A stretch of DNA of 64,000 bases from an uncultured Pantoea sp. (GTDB lineage: Bacteria > Pseudomonadota > Gammaproteobacteria > Enterobacterales > Enterobacteriaceae), in assembly GCA_913775175.1 (NCBI GenBank), contig CAJYKU010000018.1, positions 78,573 through 142,572 on the forward strand, in the 5' to 3' direction. Of this stretch, positions 28,048 to 37,002 are shown in pieces. Numbering within the stretch: the stretch's first letter is position 1; each line of letters starts with the position of its first letter. The notes below the pieces were generated by a model. It was not told the origin of the DNA. It saw only the letters and a list, made by a program, of their open reading frames with translations, and made no database searches. Position numbers and translations under genes: made by a program.

Positions 28048-28560
28048 ATGAAAAAAATTGCATGTCTTTCAGCACTGGCTTGCGTACTTGCAGTTTCTGC
28101 AGGTTCAGCCATGGCACAGAGCACCGTAACTGGTGGTTATGCTCAGAGCGACTATCAGGGCGTTGCTAATAAAGCTAACGGTTTTAACCTTAAATATCGC
28201 TACGAAGATGGTTCCAACCCACTGGGCTGGATCGGTTCTTTCACCTACACCGAGAAAGACCGCACCGAAGACGGCATTTACAATAAAGGCCAGTACTATG
28301 GCTTCACCGGTGGTCCGGCTTACCGTCTGAACGACTGGGCGAGCATCTATGGTGTTGTAGGTATCGGTTATGGCAAATACCAGCACAATGATACTGTAAC
28401 TCTGGCTAAATCTGACAGCAGCGACGTAGGCTTCTCTTACGGCGCAGGTATGCAGTTTAACCCAATTGAAAACGTTGCACTGGACGTTGGCTACGAGCAG
28501 AGCCGTATCCGCAGTGTTGACGTTGGTACCTGGATCGCTGGCGTCGGCTACAGCTTCTAA
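28048..28560 (+). CDS. ompX: Outer membrane protein X (Ail/Lom family)
   Basis: MKKIACLSALA, GFNLKYRYE, GPAYRLNDWASIYG, VGTWIAGVGYSF. Confidence 0.96.
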   Translation: MKKIACLSALACVLAVSAGSAMAQSTVTGGYAQSDYQGVANKANGFNLKYRYEDGSNPLGWIGSFTYTEKDRTEDGIYNKGQYYGFTGGPAYRLNDWASIYGVVGIGYGKYQHNDTVTLAKSDSSDVGFSYGAGMQFNPIENVALDVGYEQSRIRSVDVGTWIAGVGYSF

Positions 28561-28585
28561 GCTCAGCCCAGCAGATTATCCTATG

Positions 28586-28614
28586 AAACGGTCCCTCAGG
28601 GGCCGTTTTTTTTT
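28586..28614 (+). terminator. Intrinsic terminator of ompX
   Basis: AAACGGTCCC-TCA-GGGGCCGTTT followed by a long T run. Confidence 0.85.
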
Positions 28615-28959
28615 GCATCAATATAGCTAATCTGCAGCAGTACAGATTCAGAGGCTTGCTGAAACGTCAGCATCTTTGTCTGTAGCGCAGACGTACAGAA
28701 ATATGCAGAGCAGACGTGTAGGTATAAAGCGCAGCTGTCACCAGCATCTGGCAACAACTAAAAGGGGTAGTCCAGCAAAAGCGCAGATATAAAGCAGGAG
28801 TCGTCGCGTGCACATCTGCAATGTGAGCCAGACCAGTTCATACAGAGACAGATACATTCAGACAGGCAGTAGTGACTAAGATACAGGGCAGGGGCGTACA
28901 GGCCTGCTGCAATGAACATTTCACCCGGTAAAAGCCGCGGAATGCAAAGCTGAAGCAAG

Positions 28960-28986
28960 AAAACAAAAACCCGCCTCAGGGCGGGT
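28960..28986 (-). terminator. Intrinsic terminator of the mntS-like gene
   Basis: ACCCGCC...GGCGGGT stem with an A-run on +, 15 bp past the stop at 29001. Confidence 0.75.
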
Positions 28987-29000
28987 CAGATAGCAGCGGG

Positions 29001-29195
29001 TTAGCCACGCCAGATAAGCTGATGACAGGCGCGTTTGTCACACTTGCTGCCCGTAAGCTTCTCCAGCAGCATCAGGCGAAGTGCAAAGGGCGAGCGGCGT
29101 AACAGGCAGAGCAGCGATTTAAGTTGAAAATCAGGTTTGCTCTGCGCCGTGTGCAGGCATTTACCGCAATCAAGGCAGTTTTTCAGGGTGCTCAT
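29001..29195 (-). CDS. mntS: MntS-like manganese-response small protein with Cys-rich extensions (64 aa)
   Basis: Core SPFALRLMLL resembles MntS SPFKVRLMLL. Divergent from mntR, with GGGGAGG RBS, an MntR box upstream and a terminator downstream. Confidence 0.72.
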   Translation of the reverse strand: MSTLKNCLDCGKCLHTAQSKPDFQLKSLLCLLRRSPFALRLMLLEKLTGSKCDKRACHQLIWRG

Positions 29196-29290
29196 CTTCA
29201 CCTCCCCATAAATAACCAGTGGTGTGTAAGCGGGCTATTTAACATTACTGTGCTGACGACTTTCTGAGCTCTTCGCTTACATCATATACA

Positions 29291-29310
29291 AAGATAGCAC
29301 TGGCTATACT
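29291..29310. promoter_or_regulatory. MntR operator
   Basis: AAGATAGCACTGGCTATACT contains the ATAGC-N4-GCTAT palindrome typical of enterobacterial MntR boxes; lies between mntS and mntR. Confidence 0.8.
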
Positions 29311-29422
29311 CTTTAGCCAACACTATTCAGGAAAAATTTGTGCTTATTTGTGCCTGGTTTACAATGAGCGCAGCCAGTCCGCACGACAGTCAGAGTGCGG
29401 CAGATAATAAAGAGGAAGCTTA

Positions 29423-29881
29423 ATGAGTCGTCGTGCGAAAAATGCTATCAATAGCCCTCAGGGGCCGCTTAAGGATATTGAAGAGCATGTGGAAGGATTT
29501 CGTCAGGTGCGCGAAGCTCATCGTCGTGAATTAATTGACGATTATGTTGAATTAATTTCCGATCTTATCCGTGAATTTGGTGAAGCGCGCCAGGTTGATA
29601 TGGCTGCCCGACTTGGGGTGTCGCAACCTACTGTAGCTAAAATGCTTAAACGTCTTGCGACTACAGGCCTGGTAGAGCAGGTTCCCTATCGCGGTGTATT
29701 TCTGACGCCAGAGGGAGAAAAGCTTGCTGAGGCGAGTCGGGTACGCCATCACATTGTGGAAACTTTTTTGCTGGCATTAGGTGTCAGCCCGGAAACTGCT
29801 CGTCGCGACTCTGAAGGGCTGGAGCATCATGTCAGTGATGAAACCCTGGCCGTCTTTCAGAAATTTTATGAAGGTCATTGA
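29423..29881 (+). CDS. mntR: Manganese-responsive repressor MntR (DtxR family)
   Basis: [44 protein letters not shown]. Confidence 0.96.
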   Translation: MSRRAKNAINSPQGPLKDIEEHVEGFRQVREAHRRELIDDYVELISDLIREFGEARQVDMAARLGVSQPTVAKMLKRLATTGLVEQVPYRGVFLTPEGEKLAEASRVRHHIVETFLLALGVSPETARRDSEGLEHHVSDETLAVFQKFYEGH

Positions 29882-29902
29882 TCTATAAGGTCTGTCTTTA
29901 TC

Positions 29903-31024
29903 ATGCCCACACTGTTTCGATCGTTAATGCGTGACCATATTTTGCATTTGTTGTTACTGCTGGGTGTGATACTGCTGCCGCTGGCGGAGTATCGCTGGCC
30001 GCAGTTGCCCGCCGCAGTGGACTGGCAGACAATTATGACGCTTACCGGCCTGCTGATATTGACCAAAGGTCTGGAGAACAGCGGCTATTTTGACGTACTG
30101 GGTGCGCGGCTGACGCAGCGCTTTGCGCAGGAACGATCGCTGGCGTTGTTTATGGTGTGCGCTGCTGCACTGCTGTCGACCTTTCTGACCAACGATGTAG
30201 CACTCTTTATTCTGGTGCCGCTGACCCTGACTCTGCGTAAATTCTCTCACTTGCCTACCAGCCGGCTGATTATTTTTGAAGCGCTGGCCGTTAATGCCGG
30301 TTCACTGCTGACCCCGGTAGGAAATCCGCAAAATATTTTGCTCTGGAGTCACGGGTCGCTCAGCGTTGGCGGTTTTATTCTGCAGATGCTGCCGCTGGCA
30401 GCGGTACTGATGCTGACTCTGATGGTGCTGACATGGTGGAGCTTTCCGGCACGGCGTATTGATAAACATGGTGATACTGCCTCACAGCAGTGGAACCGGC
30501 GCCTGTTTAGTATCAGCCTGCTGCTCTATATCCTGTTTATTGTGGCTCTGGAGCTGAAAATCACTGCCTGGGCGCTGCTGCTGGTGGCGATCTGCTTTTT
30601 AGTGATGGCACGCAATGTATTGATAAGCATTGACTGGAGCCTGCTGCTGGTTTTTGTTGCCATGTTTATTGATGTTTTTCTGCTGATGCATCTGCCGGTA
30701 TTACAGCCGTGGTTCGCCCGGATTGATCGGCTGGGAGAGGGCGGAATATTTCTGCTGGCGATAGGCCTGTCGCAATTTATCAGCAACGTACCGGCCACTA
30801 TTCTGCTATTGCAAAAAGTTGCGCCTTCAGAGGTGTTAGCATGGGCGGTGAATATTGGCGGTTTTGGACTGCTGCCGGGATCGCTGGCAAATCTGATTGC
30901 GCTACGTATGGCGCAGGATAGAAAAATCTGGTGGCGCTTTCATCTCTTTTCATTACCCATGCTTGCCTGGTCTATGCTCTGCGGCTGGCTGTTGTTACAG
31001 TGGCTTAGTCAGAGCGTTGCCTGA
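29903..31024 (+). CDS. ybiR: YbiR-like anion/citrate (ArsB/NhaD superfamily) transporter
   Basis: LSTFLTNDVAL, NAGSLLTPVGNPQN, QFISNVPAT, GSLANLIA; follows mntR. Confidence 0.88.
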   Translation: MPTLFRSLMRDHILHLLLLLGVILLPLAEYRWPQLPAAVDWQTIMTLTGLLILTKGLENSGYFDVLGARLTQRFAQERSLALFMVCAAALLSTFLTNDVALFILVPLTLTLRKFSHLPTSRLIIFEALAVNAGSLLTPVGNPQNILLWSHGSLSVGGFILQMLPLAAVLMLTLMVLTWWSFPARRIDKHGDTASQQWNRRLFSISLLLYILFIVALELKITAWALLLVAICFLVMARNVLISIDWSLLLVFVAMFIDVFLLMHLPVLQPWFARIDRLGEGGIFLLAIGLSQFISNVPATILLLQKVAPSEVLAWAVNIGGFGLLPGSLANLIALRMAQDRKIWWRFHLFSLPMLAWSMLCGWLLLQWLSQSVA

Positions 31025-31186
31025 AAAGTACGCTGAATAATCAATCTCTTTACGCTCGCTGTGGCAGAAAATGCCGCAGCAGGCTGCTTGTGTAAAGTTA
31101 CACTGGAATTTGTCAATTTATTATCTACTGTTAAGTTGATCGTTTGTGCCCGGGGAACGGGCTTTCAGCCAGTGATGAAAAAAACT

Positions 31187-32317
31187 ATGAGCGAAAATCA
31201 GCAGCAGGATCCGCAGAAACAGACAGATAACGATTCGTCGCAGGATAGCGAGCAGGATCAGGAGCAGGAGCAGTCAGGCAAGCGTCCCGGGAAAAAACCA
31301 CTGGTTATTCTCGCTATCGTCGTCGTGATTATGCTGCTGGTAGGATTCTGGTACTGGTTCACAACCCGCAATATAGAAACCACCGATGACGCCTTTACCG
31401 AAGGCAATGCTGTGACCGTTGCGCCTAAAGCCTCGGGCTACGTGGTGCAGCTGCTGGTTAACGATAACCAGCGGGTAAAAAAAGGCGATCTGCTGGTGGT
31501 CATCGATCCGCGTGATGCTGCGGCTCAGCGTGACCAGGCAAAAGCTCAGCTGGGTCTGGCAGAAGCGCAGCTGCATCAGGCGCAGGCGCAGCTGGCACTT
31601 TCACGCGTTCAGTATCCGGCCCAGCGCGATCAGGCACTGGCTGAACAGGCCAAAGCGCAGGCAAATTTACTCAATGCGCAGGCAGATTATCGTCGCCAGC
31701 GTGGTGTCGATCCGCGTGCAACGTCACAGCGTAATATCGATACCGCTGCATCGCAGCTGCGTTCAGCTGAAGCGCAACTGCAGAGTGCTAAAGCGCAGGT
31801 GGAAGTTGCGTCACAGGTGAAGCTGCAGATCCGTCAGCAGGAAACCAACGTTGAAGCGCGGCAGAAACAGGTTGATCAGGCGCAGGCGCAGCTAAATACA
31901 GCAGCACTCAATCTCTCTTATACCGAAGTACGTGCGCCTTATGATGGCTTTGTGACCAAGCGTAACGTGCAGCTGGGAACGCTGGTACAGGCAGGCACCG
32001 CGCTGTTTTCACTGGTATCACCTGATATCTGGATCACCGCTAACTTTAAAGAGTCACAGCTGGCACGCATGAATCCAGGTGACAAAGTTGAGATTAGTGT
32101 CGATGCATGGCCTGATATGAAGCTGCATGGTCATGTTGATAGTATTCAGATGGGTTCCGGTTCGCGTTTCTCTGCCTTTCCGGCAGAAAATGCCACCGGT
32201 AACTATGTAAAAATCGTACAGCGCGTACCGGTGAAGATCGTCATTGATGGCGGGCTGGATCCAAATCATCCTCTGCCGCTCGGGCTCTCGGTTGAACCTG
32301 AGGTAACAGTAGAATGA
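31187..32317 (+). CDS. EmrA/HlyD-family efflux periplasmic adaptor
   Basis: One TM anchor, ETTDDAF, VKKGDLL, ANFKESQL, FPAENATGNYVKIVQRVPVKI. Confidence 0.92.
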   Translation: MSENQQQDPQKQTDNDSSQDSEQDQEQEQSGKRPGKKPLVILAIVVVIMLLVGFWYWFTTRNIETTDDAFTEGNAVTVAPKASGYVVQLLVNDNQRVKKGDLLVVIDPRDAAAQRDQAKAQLGLAEAQLHQAQAQLALSRVQYPAQRDQALAEQAKAQANLLNAQADYRRQRGVDPRATSQRNIDTAASQLRSAEAQLQSAKAQVEVASQVKLQIRQQETNVEARQKQVDQAQAQLNTAALNLSYTEVRAPYDGFVTKRNVQLGTLVQAGTALFSLVSPDIWITANFKESQLARMNPGDKVEISVDAWPDMKLHGHVDSIQMGSGSRFSAFPAENATGNYVKIVQRVPVKIVIDGGLDPNHPLPLGLSVEPEVTVE

Positions 32318-33882
32318 GTGCGGGTGAGAGCTGGCGTCCCTCCAGCAACCCGTGGCTGGTCGCCATTACCGTGACGCTGGCGGTGTTTATGGAGATACTG
32401 GACACCACCATCGTTAACGTGGCGCTGCCACATATCGCTGGTTCGCTCTCATCCAGTTACGATGAATCAACATGGGTACTGACCTCCTATCTGGTTGCAA
32501 ATGGGATTGTGCTGCCCATATCCGCCTTTTTCAGTCGTCTTTTTGGTCGTAAGCAGTTCTTCCTGATCTGTATTGTGATGTTCACCGTCTGCTCATTTCT
32601 TTGCGGAATCGCCACTGAGCTCTGGCAAATTATTCTGTTCCGCATACTGCAGGGTTTTTTTGGCGGCGGCCTGCAGCCAGTGCAGCAGTCGGTACTGCTT
32701 GACTACTTTAAAGCTGCCGATCGTGGCAAAGCCTTTGGCCTCTCATCAATAGCAATCATTGTGGCACCGGTTATTGGCCCGACGCTTGGCGGCTGGATCA
32801 CTGATAACTACAGCTGGCGCTGGGTCTTCTTTATCAACATTCCGGTCGGGATCGTGACCGTACTGGCAATTTATCAACTGCTGGAAGATCCGCCGTGGGA
32901 GCGTAAATGGGACAAGGGCCGGCTGAATATTGATTATATCGGCATCAGCCTGATCACCCTTGGACTGGGCTGCCTGCAGGTGTTCCTTGATCGTGGCGAA
33001 GATGAAGATTGGTTTGCGTCTCACTTTATTCGCCTGTTTGCCATGCTGGCAGCAGTGGGGCTGACAGGTGCAGTTTACTGGCTGCTCTATGCGCGCAAAC
33101 CGGTAGTCGATATTCGTGTTATGAAAGATCGCAACTTCTGGGTCGCTGGTCTGCTGATGGCCGGGATGGCGATGATCCTGTACGGCAGTTCAGTGGTATT
33201 ACCGCAGCTGGCACAGCAGGATCTGGGCTACACTGCCACCTGGTCAGGACTGGTACTCTCGCCTGGCGCGATTCTGATTGTGCTGACCATTCCGGTAGTA
33301 CTGAAGCTGATGCCGATTGTGCAGACGCGCTATATCATCGCGTTTGGTTTCAGCTGCCTGGCCATGGCGTTCTACTTCTCTACCACACTGACGCCAGACG
33401 TCGATTTTAAAACGCTGGTTATGATGCGCAGTGCCCAATCTATTGGCCTTGGCTTTCTGTTTGTACCGCTGACAACCATTGCCTTTGTCACGATACCGCA
33501 GAAACTTAATGCTGACGCGTCAGCACTCTTTACCATGTTTCGAAACGTGGCCGGTTCAATTGGTATCTCGCTGGCAACGGCGGGCATCACCGAGCGTGAA
33601 CAGGTGCGATCTGCCCATATGGTGCACAACATGTCACCGCTTAATGAGCAATTTAATCTGACACTACAGCAGTGGGCGCAGGGAATTCGCGATTTTACTC
33701 AGATGGCTGGCGATCCCCTGCAGATCGCCGCTGCACAGCTCTACCGCGAGATGATTGCTCAGGCACGCATTCTTGCCTATATCGACGTGTTTATGGGACT
33801 GAGCATAGTCGCAGCACTACTGATCCCTCTATGTTGGTTGCTTTCGCCTATTAAGAGCGAAGGCAGTGCAGGAGCACACTAA
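32314..33882 (+). CDS. DHA2-family MFS efflux pump (EmrB-like)
   Basis: FMEILDTTIVNVALPHI, WVLTSYLVA, GPTLGGWITDNYSWRWVFFINIP. Confidence 0.93.
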   Translation: MSAGESWRPSSNPWLVAITVTLAVFMEILDTTIVNVALPHIAGSLSSSYDESTWVLTSYLVANGIVLPISAFFSRLFGRKQFFLICIVMFTVCSFLCGIATELWQIILFRILQGFFGGGLQPVQQSVLLDYFKAADRGKAFGLSSIAIIVAPVIGPTLGGWITDNYSWRWVFFINIPVGIVTVLAIYQLLEDPPWERKWDKGRLNIDYIGISLITLGLGCLQVFLDRGEDEDWFASHFIRLFAMLAAVGLTGAVYWLLYARKPVVDIRVMKDRNFWVAGLLMAGMAMILYGSSVVLPQLAQQDLGYTATWSGLVLSPGAILIVLTIPVVLKLMPIVQTRYIIAFGFSCLAMAFYFSTTLTPDVDFKTLVMMRSAQSIGLGFLFVPLTTIAFVTIPQKLNADASALFTMFRNVAGSIGISLATAGITEREQVRSAHMVHNMSPLNEQFNLTLQQWAQGIRDFTQMAGDPLQIAAAQLYREMIAQARILAYIDVFMGLSIVAALLIPLCWLLSPIKSEGSAGAH

Positions 33883-33883
33883 A

Positions 33884-35398
33884 ATGAGAAGCTTTTCACG
33901 CGTCGCGCTACCGCTGACGTTACTGCTGACCGGATGCGCCGTCGGACCTGACTATCAGCCACCTCGTACGCAGACACCGGGCAGCTTTCATCAGCTTCCT
34001 TCACAGGAGGCATCGAGGACGCTGGCCGCTGCATCGAATCCACTCTGGTGGCGTAGTTTTAACGATCCGCAGCTTGATAGCCTGATCGCCCGCGCCATTG
34101 CCGGGAACCTGACGCTGCAGCAGTCGGTACTGCGTATTGCTGGTGCTCGTGAGCAGCTGGCACAGGCGCGCGGTGGCCTGTTTCCGGCACTGAATGGATC
34201 AGCGAAAGTTACGCGCCAGCAGCTTGGGCTGAAAGGGATTCTGAAATCTAATGGTGTCTATGATCGGGTTGATGAGAGTGTGGCCAGCCAGCTTGATGCG
34301 CTGAATCACTCTGTAACCCTTTATCAGGGTAGCTTTGATGCCAGCTGGGAGCTGGATCTGTGGGGCAAGGTACGGCGGCAAATGGAAGCAGCCGATGCGC
34401 AGCAGCAGGCTGCGATTGCACAGCGCGATGATGCGCTGGTGTCGGTAGAGGCGGAAGTTGCGCGTGCCTATTTGCAGCTACGCGGTGCGCAGACTGTGCT
34501 GGCTACGCTGCAGACGCAGATAGCGGTTGCACAAGAGACCTGGGAACTGACGCAGAGCCAGCAACGTAATGGTCTGGCCCCCTTAACCAATGTAGAGAAT
34601 GCCAGGGCACAGCTCGCTTCGCTTAATGCGCAGCTGCCACAATATGAGGCGCAGGCGCGTCAGGCGATGAACGGTATTGCTGTATTGCTGGGAAAAACGC
34701 CCGGGGCGCTGGATAACGAACTGATGGCGGCAAAACCACTGCCCTCGCTACCCAAAATCGTGGCGGTTGGCATTCCCGCTACGCTGGCGCGTCGGCGTCC
34801 GGATATACGTCAGGCAGAAGCTAATCTGCATGCACAAACCGCCAATATTGGTGTATCGGTGGCCAGCCTTTTTCCCAGCCTGTCGCTCACCGGACAGCTC
34901 GGCGTGCGTAACACTGAAGCCAGCTATCTGGATGACTGGAGCAGCCACTTCTTTAGCGTTGGACCTGCACTCTCGATTCCCATTTTCCAGGGCGGGCGAC
35001 TGATCTCCAGCGTCAAACTGGCGCGTGCACAGCAGGCCAGTGCGGCTCTTGAATACCGGCAAACGGTGCTGACGGCGCTACAGGATGTGGAAAATGCGCT
35101 GATCAGTTATCGTGCCGATCAGCAGCAGGTTACTGCGCTGGATGAAACCACTGGGGCACTGCAGCGAACGTTTGACCTTGCCAGCGATAGCTATAAACAG
35201 GGGATAACCACTTTTCTGGATGCACTGGATGCTCAGCGGCAGCTGGCTCAGGCAAAGGCGCAGTCAGCACAGGCGCGCACGCAGAGTGCTCTCGATCTGG
35301 TCGCGCTTTATAAGGCGCTGGGCGGTGGCTGGGAAAATTATCAGCAGGTCAATATGCCAGAATTCAGCGTTTTTGGTCCGGCAGTCACAGCTAATTAA
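33884..35398 (+). CDS. Efflux outer-membrane lipoprotein channel (NodT/OprM family)
   Basis: Lipobox LTGC-AVGPDY, SWELDLWG, LARRRPDI, LYKALGGGW. Confidence 0.93.
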   Translation: MRSFSRVALPLTLLLTGCAVGPDYQPPRTQTPGSFHQLPSQEASRTLAAASNPLWWRSFNDPQLDSLIARAIAGNLTLQQSVLRIAGAREQLAQARGGLFPALNGSAKVTRQQLGLKGILKSNGVYDRVDESVASQLDALNHSVTLYQGSFDASWELDLWGKVRRQMEAADAQQQAAIAQRDDALVSVEAEVARAYLQLRGAQTVLATLQTQIAVAQETWELTQSQQRNGLAPLTNVENARAQLASLNAQLPQYEAQARQAMNGIAVLLGKTPGALDNELMAAKPLPSLPKIVAVGIPATLARRRPDIRQAEANLHAQTANIGVSVASLFPSLSLTGQLGVRNTEASYLDDWSSHFFSVGPALSIPIFQGGRLISSVKLARAQQASAALEYRQTVLTALQDVENALISYRADQQQVTALDETTGALQRTFDLASDSYKQGITTFLDALDAQRQLAQAKAQSAQARTQSALDLVALYKALGGGWENYQQVNMPEFSVFGPAVTAN

Positions 35399-35447
35399 TC
35401 TGAGCGTGCAGGCCAGCTGCTGCAGAGCGGCCTGCATTCAGTAGCAG

Positions 35448-35639
35448 CTATCTGCCAGTAGTGATTATCGTCAGGCTGCCGCTGCTGATCACACTTTTAA
35501 CCATATCTGATGCAATAACTTCAGATTTGGCTGCCTGATAAACCCCGGCTTTTGTCTCGTTCCTGCAGTACTCCCCTGAGCCTGCTATTGAGAAAGCGAC
35601 CGATTGGCTGATCTCAGACAACCTGTCTGTATTCAACAT
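35448..35639 (-). CDS. Candidate unannotated small protein (63 aa)
   Basis: MLNTDRLSEISQSVAF...TIITTGR with an AGGGGG RBS 6 nt upstream, plus a plausible promoter and LexA-like box further upstream. No family recognised. Confidence 0.4.
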   Translation of the reverse strand: MLNTDRLSEISQSVAFSIAGSGEYCRNETKAGVYQAAKSEVIASDMVKSVISSGSLTIITTGR

Positions 35640-35729
35640 TATTACCCCCTGTTTCAGTGGATTGTCAAAAGAGAGGCACATCCAGGCTAAGTGAGTAAAA
35701 ACAGAGTTTAGTCATATATAACAGTTCAG

Positions 35730-35758
35730 ATCATAATCTGCTCTGTGGCATATGACAG
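35730..35758 (-). promoter_or_regulatory. Putative sigma70 promoter overlapped by a LexA-like box
   Basis: Minus strand CTGTCA-N17-TATGAT. CTGTGGCATATGACAG (35743-35758) = CTGT-N8-ACAG and covers the -35. Confidence 0.45.
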
Positions 35759-36319
35759 ACATAAACAGTATGAGGAAGTTAAGGCGTAGCGTTTATTGAT
35801 TGAAACAGGTAAAGGTTGCCTGAAACATGATTATTACCTGCACAGCAGATGAACAAAACGCCATCGTAGCGGAAGGCAGAAGTTGTAGCGCATCAAAAAC
35901 GGGTTTAAACAGGGATGCATTATGAACCTAAAAATGGCTTGCAGCGATTTTTTTGCTTTTTTATGTGAACTCAGCCAGAGTTCACTCTGGCAATATAAAC
36001 AGATGATAAAAGCGGTTGCCGGGCAGAGGATTAATTATTTTTACGCTTTAGCCGTGAAAAAAACGTGCCTGATTTTACTAAATGCCTGTTCAAAACCCGG
36101 ATTTAGTAAATGAAATCGATACCAATCTACCGTTATGCTCAGAATTTTATCGGATTAATTATGTTTAATCACAACAACAGCCAGCCGTAAATGTTTAGCT
36201 ATAACAATCAAAGAAAGTGTTAAGAATAATCCGGTCTGCAAAATTAATTTATTTTTTTATTTGAATTGGGTAATCTTACCGCTACAGTTTAATTATACCC
36301 CTGCAACAAGGACACTGTG

Positions 36320-36721
36320 ATGAGTGACGCATTTAAAGTTCTGAACAACATTCGCACATTGCGTGCACAGGCTCGCGAACTGCCGCTGAGCGATCTGGAA
36401 GAGATTCTGGAAAAATTAACCGTCGTGGTCACTGAACGTCGCGAAGAAGTTGAAGCTGAAGAAGCACAGAATCGTGAAAAAGAAGAGAAGCTCTCTAAAT
36501 ATCGCGAAATGTTGCTGGCAGACGGTATTGACCCTAACGAATTACTGGGTGCGCTGGACACCGGTAAAAAACGCGCTAAGCGTGCGCCACGTCCGGCTAA
36601 ATATAGCTACACTGACGAAAACGGCGAAGAGAAATCCTGGACCGGTCAGGGTCGCACTCCTGCTGCAATTAAAAAAGCGCTGGACGAAGGCAAGAGCCTC
36701 GATAGCTTCCTGATTAAATAA
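36320..36721 (+). CDS. H-NS/StpA-family nucleoid protein (paralog)
   Basis: [37 protein letters not shown]. Not in the canonical galU-hns-tdk context. Confidence 0.93.
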   Translation: MSDAFKVLNNIRTLRAQARELPLSDLEEILEKLTVVVTERREEVEAEEAQNREKEEKLSKYREMLLADGIDPNELLGALDTGKKRAKRAPRPAKYSYTDENGEEKSWTGQGRTPAAIKKALDEGKSLDSFLIK

Positions 36722-36744
36722 GCTGCACAATCCTTGTATATGGG

Positions 36745-36774
36745 AGCCGGGGATCGATTATCCCCGGCTTTTTT
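36745..36774 (+). terminator. Intrinsic terminator of the H-NS paralog
   Basis: AGCCGGGGAT/ATCCCCGGCT stem followed by a T-run. Confidence 0.85.
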
Positions 36775-37002
36775 ATTATCTCGCCTGCAAGAGCAGTAGT
36801 AAAAGCGCATCACAGATAACCTCCTGCCACCCTGTCACTACTGTAAAGCTTTGCGCTGGCTGTTCAGTGTGCTGTTTTACATATCGCAACAAGGTGATAG
36901 CGCAAAACCACTCTGATTACCGGGCGCAGACTGGCTCATATAGGCCATATCTGGCATAATGCCCGCTGTTTTTTCATCCACCGTGTAACAAAGGTCTATG
37001 CC

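Noticed and set aside
28758-28958. 66-aa Cys-rich ORF downstream of mntS
   Set aside because: It starts inside the terminator tail without an RBS. The Cys/Leu richness follows from the CTG/TGT bias of the tract.
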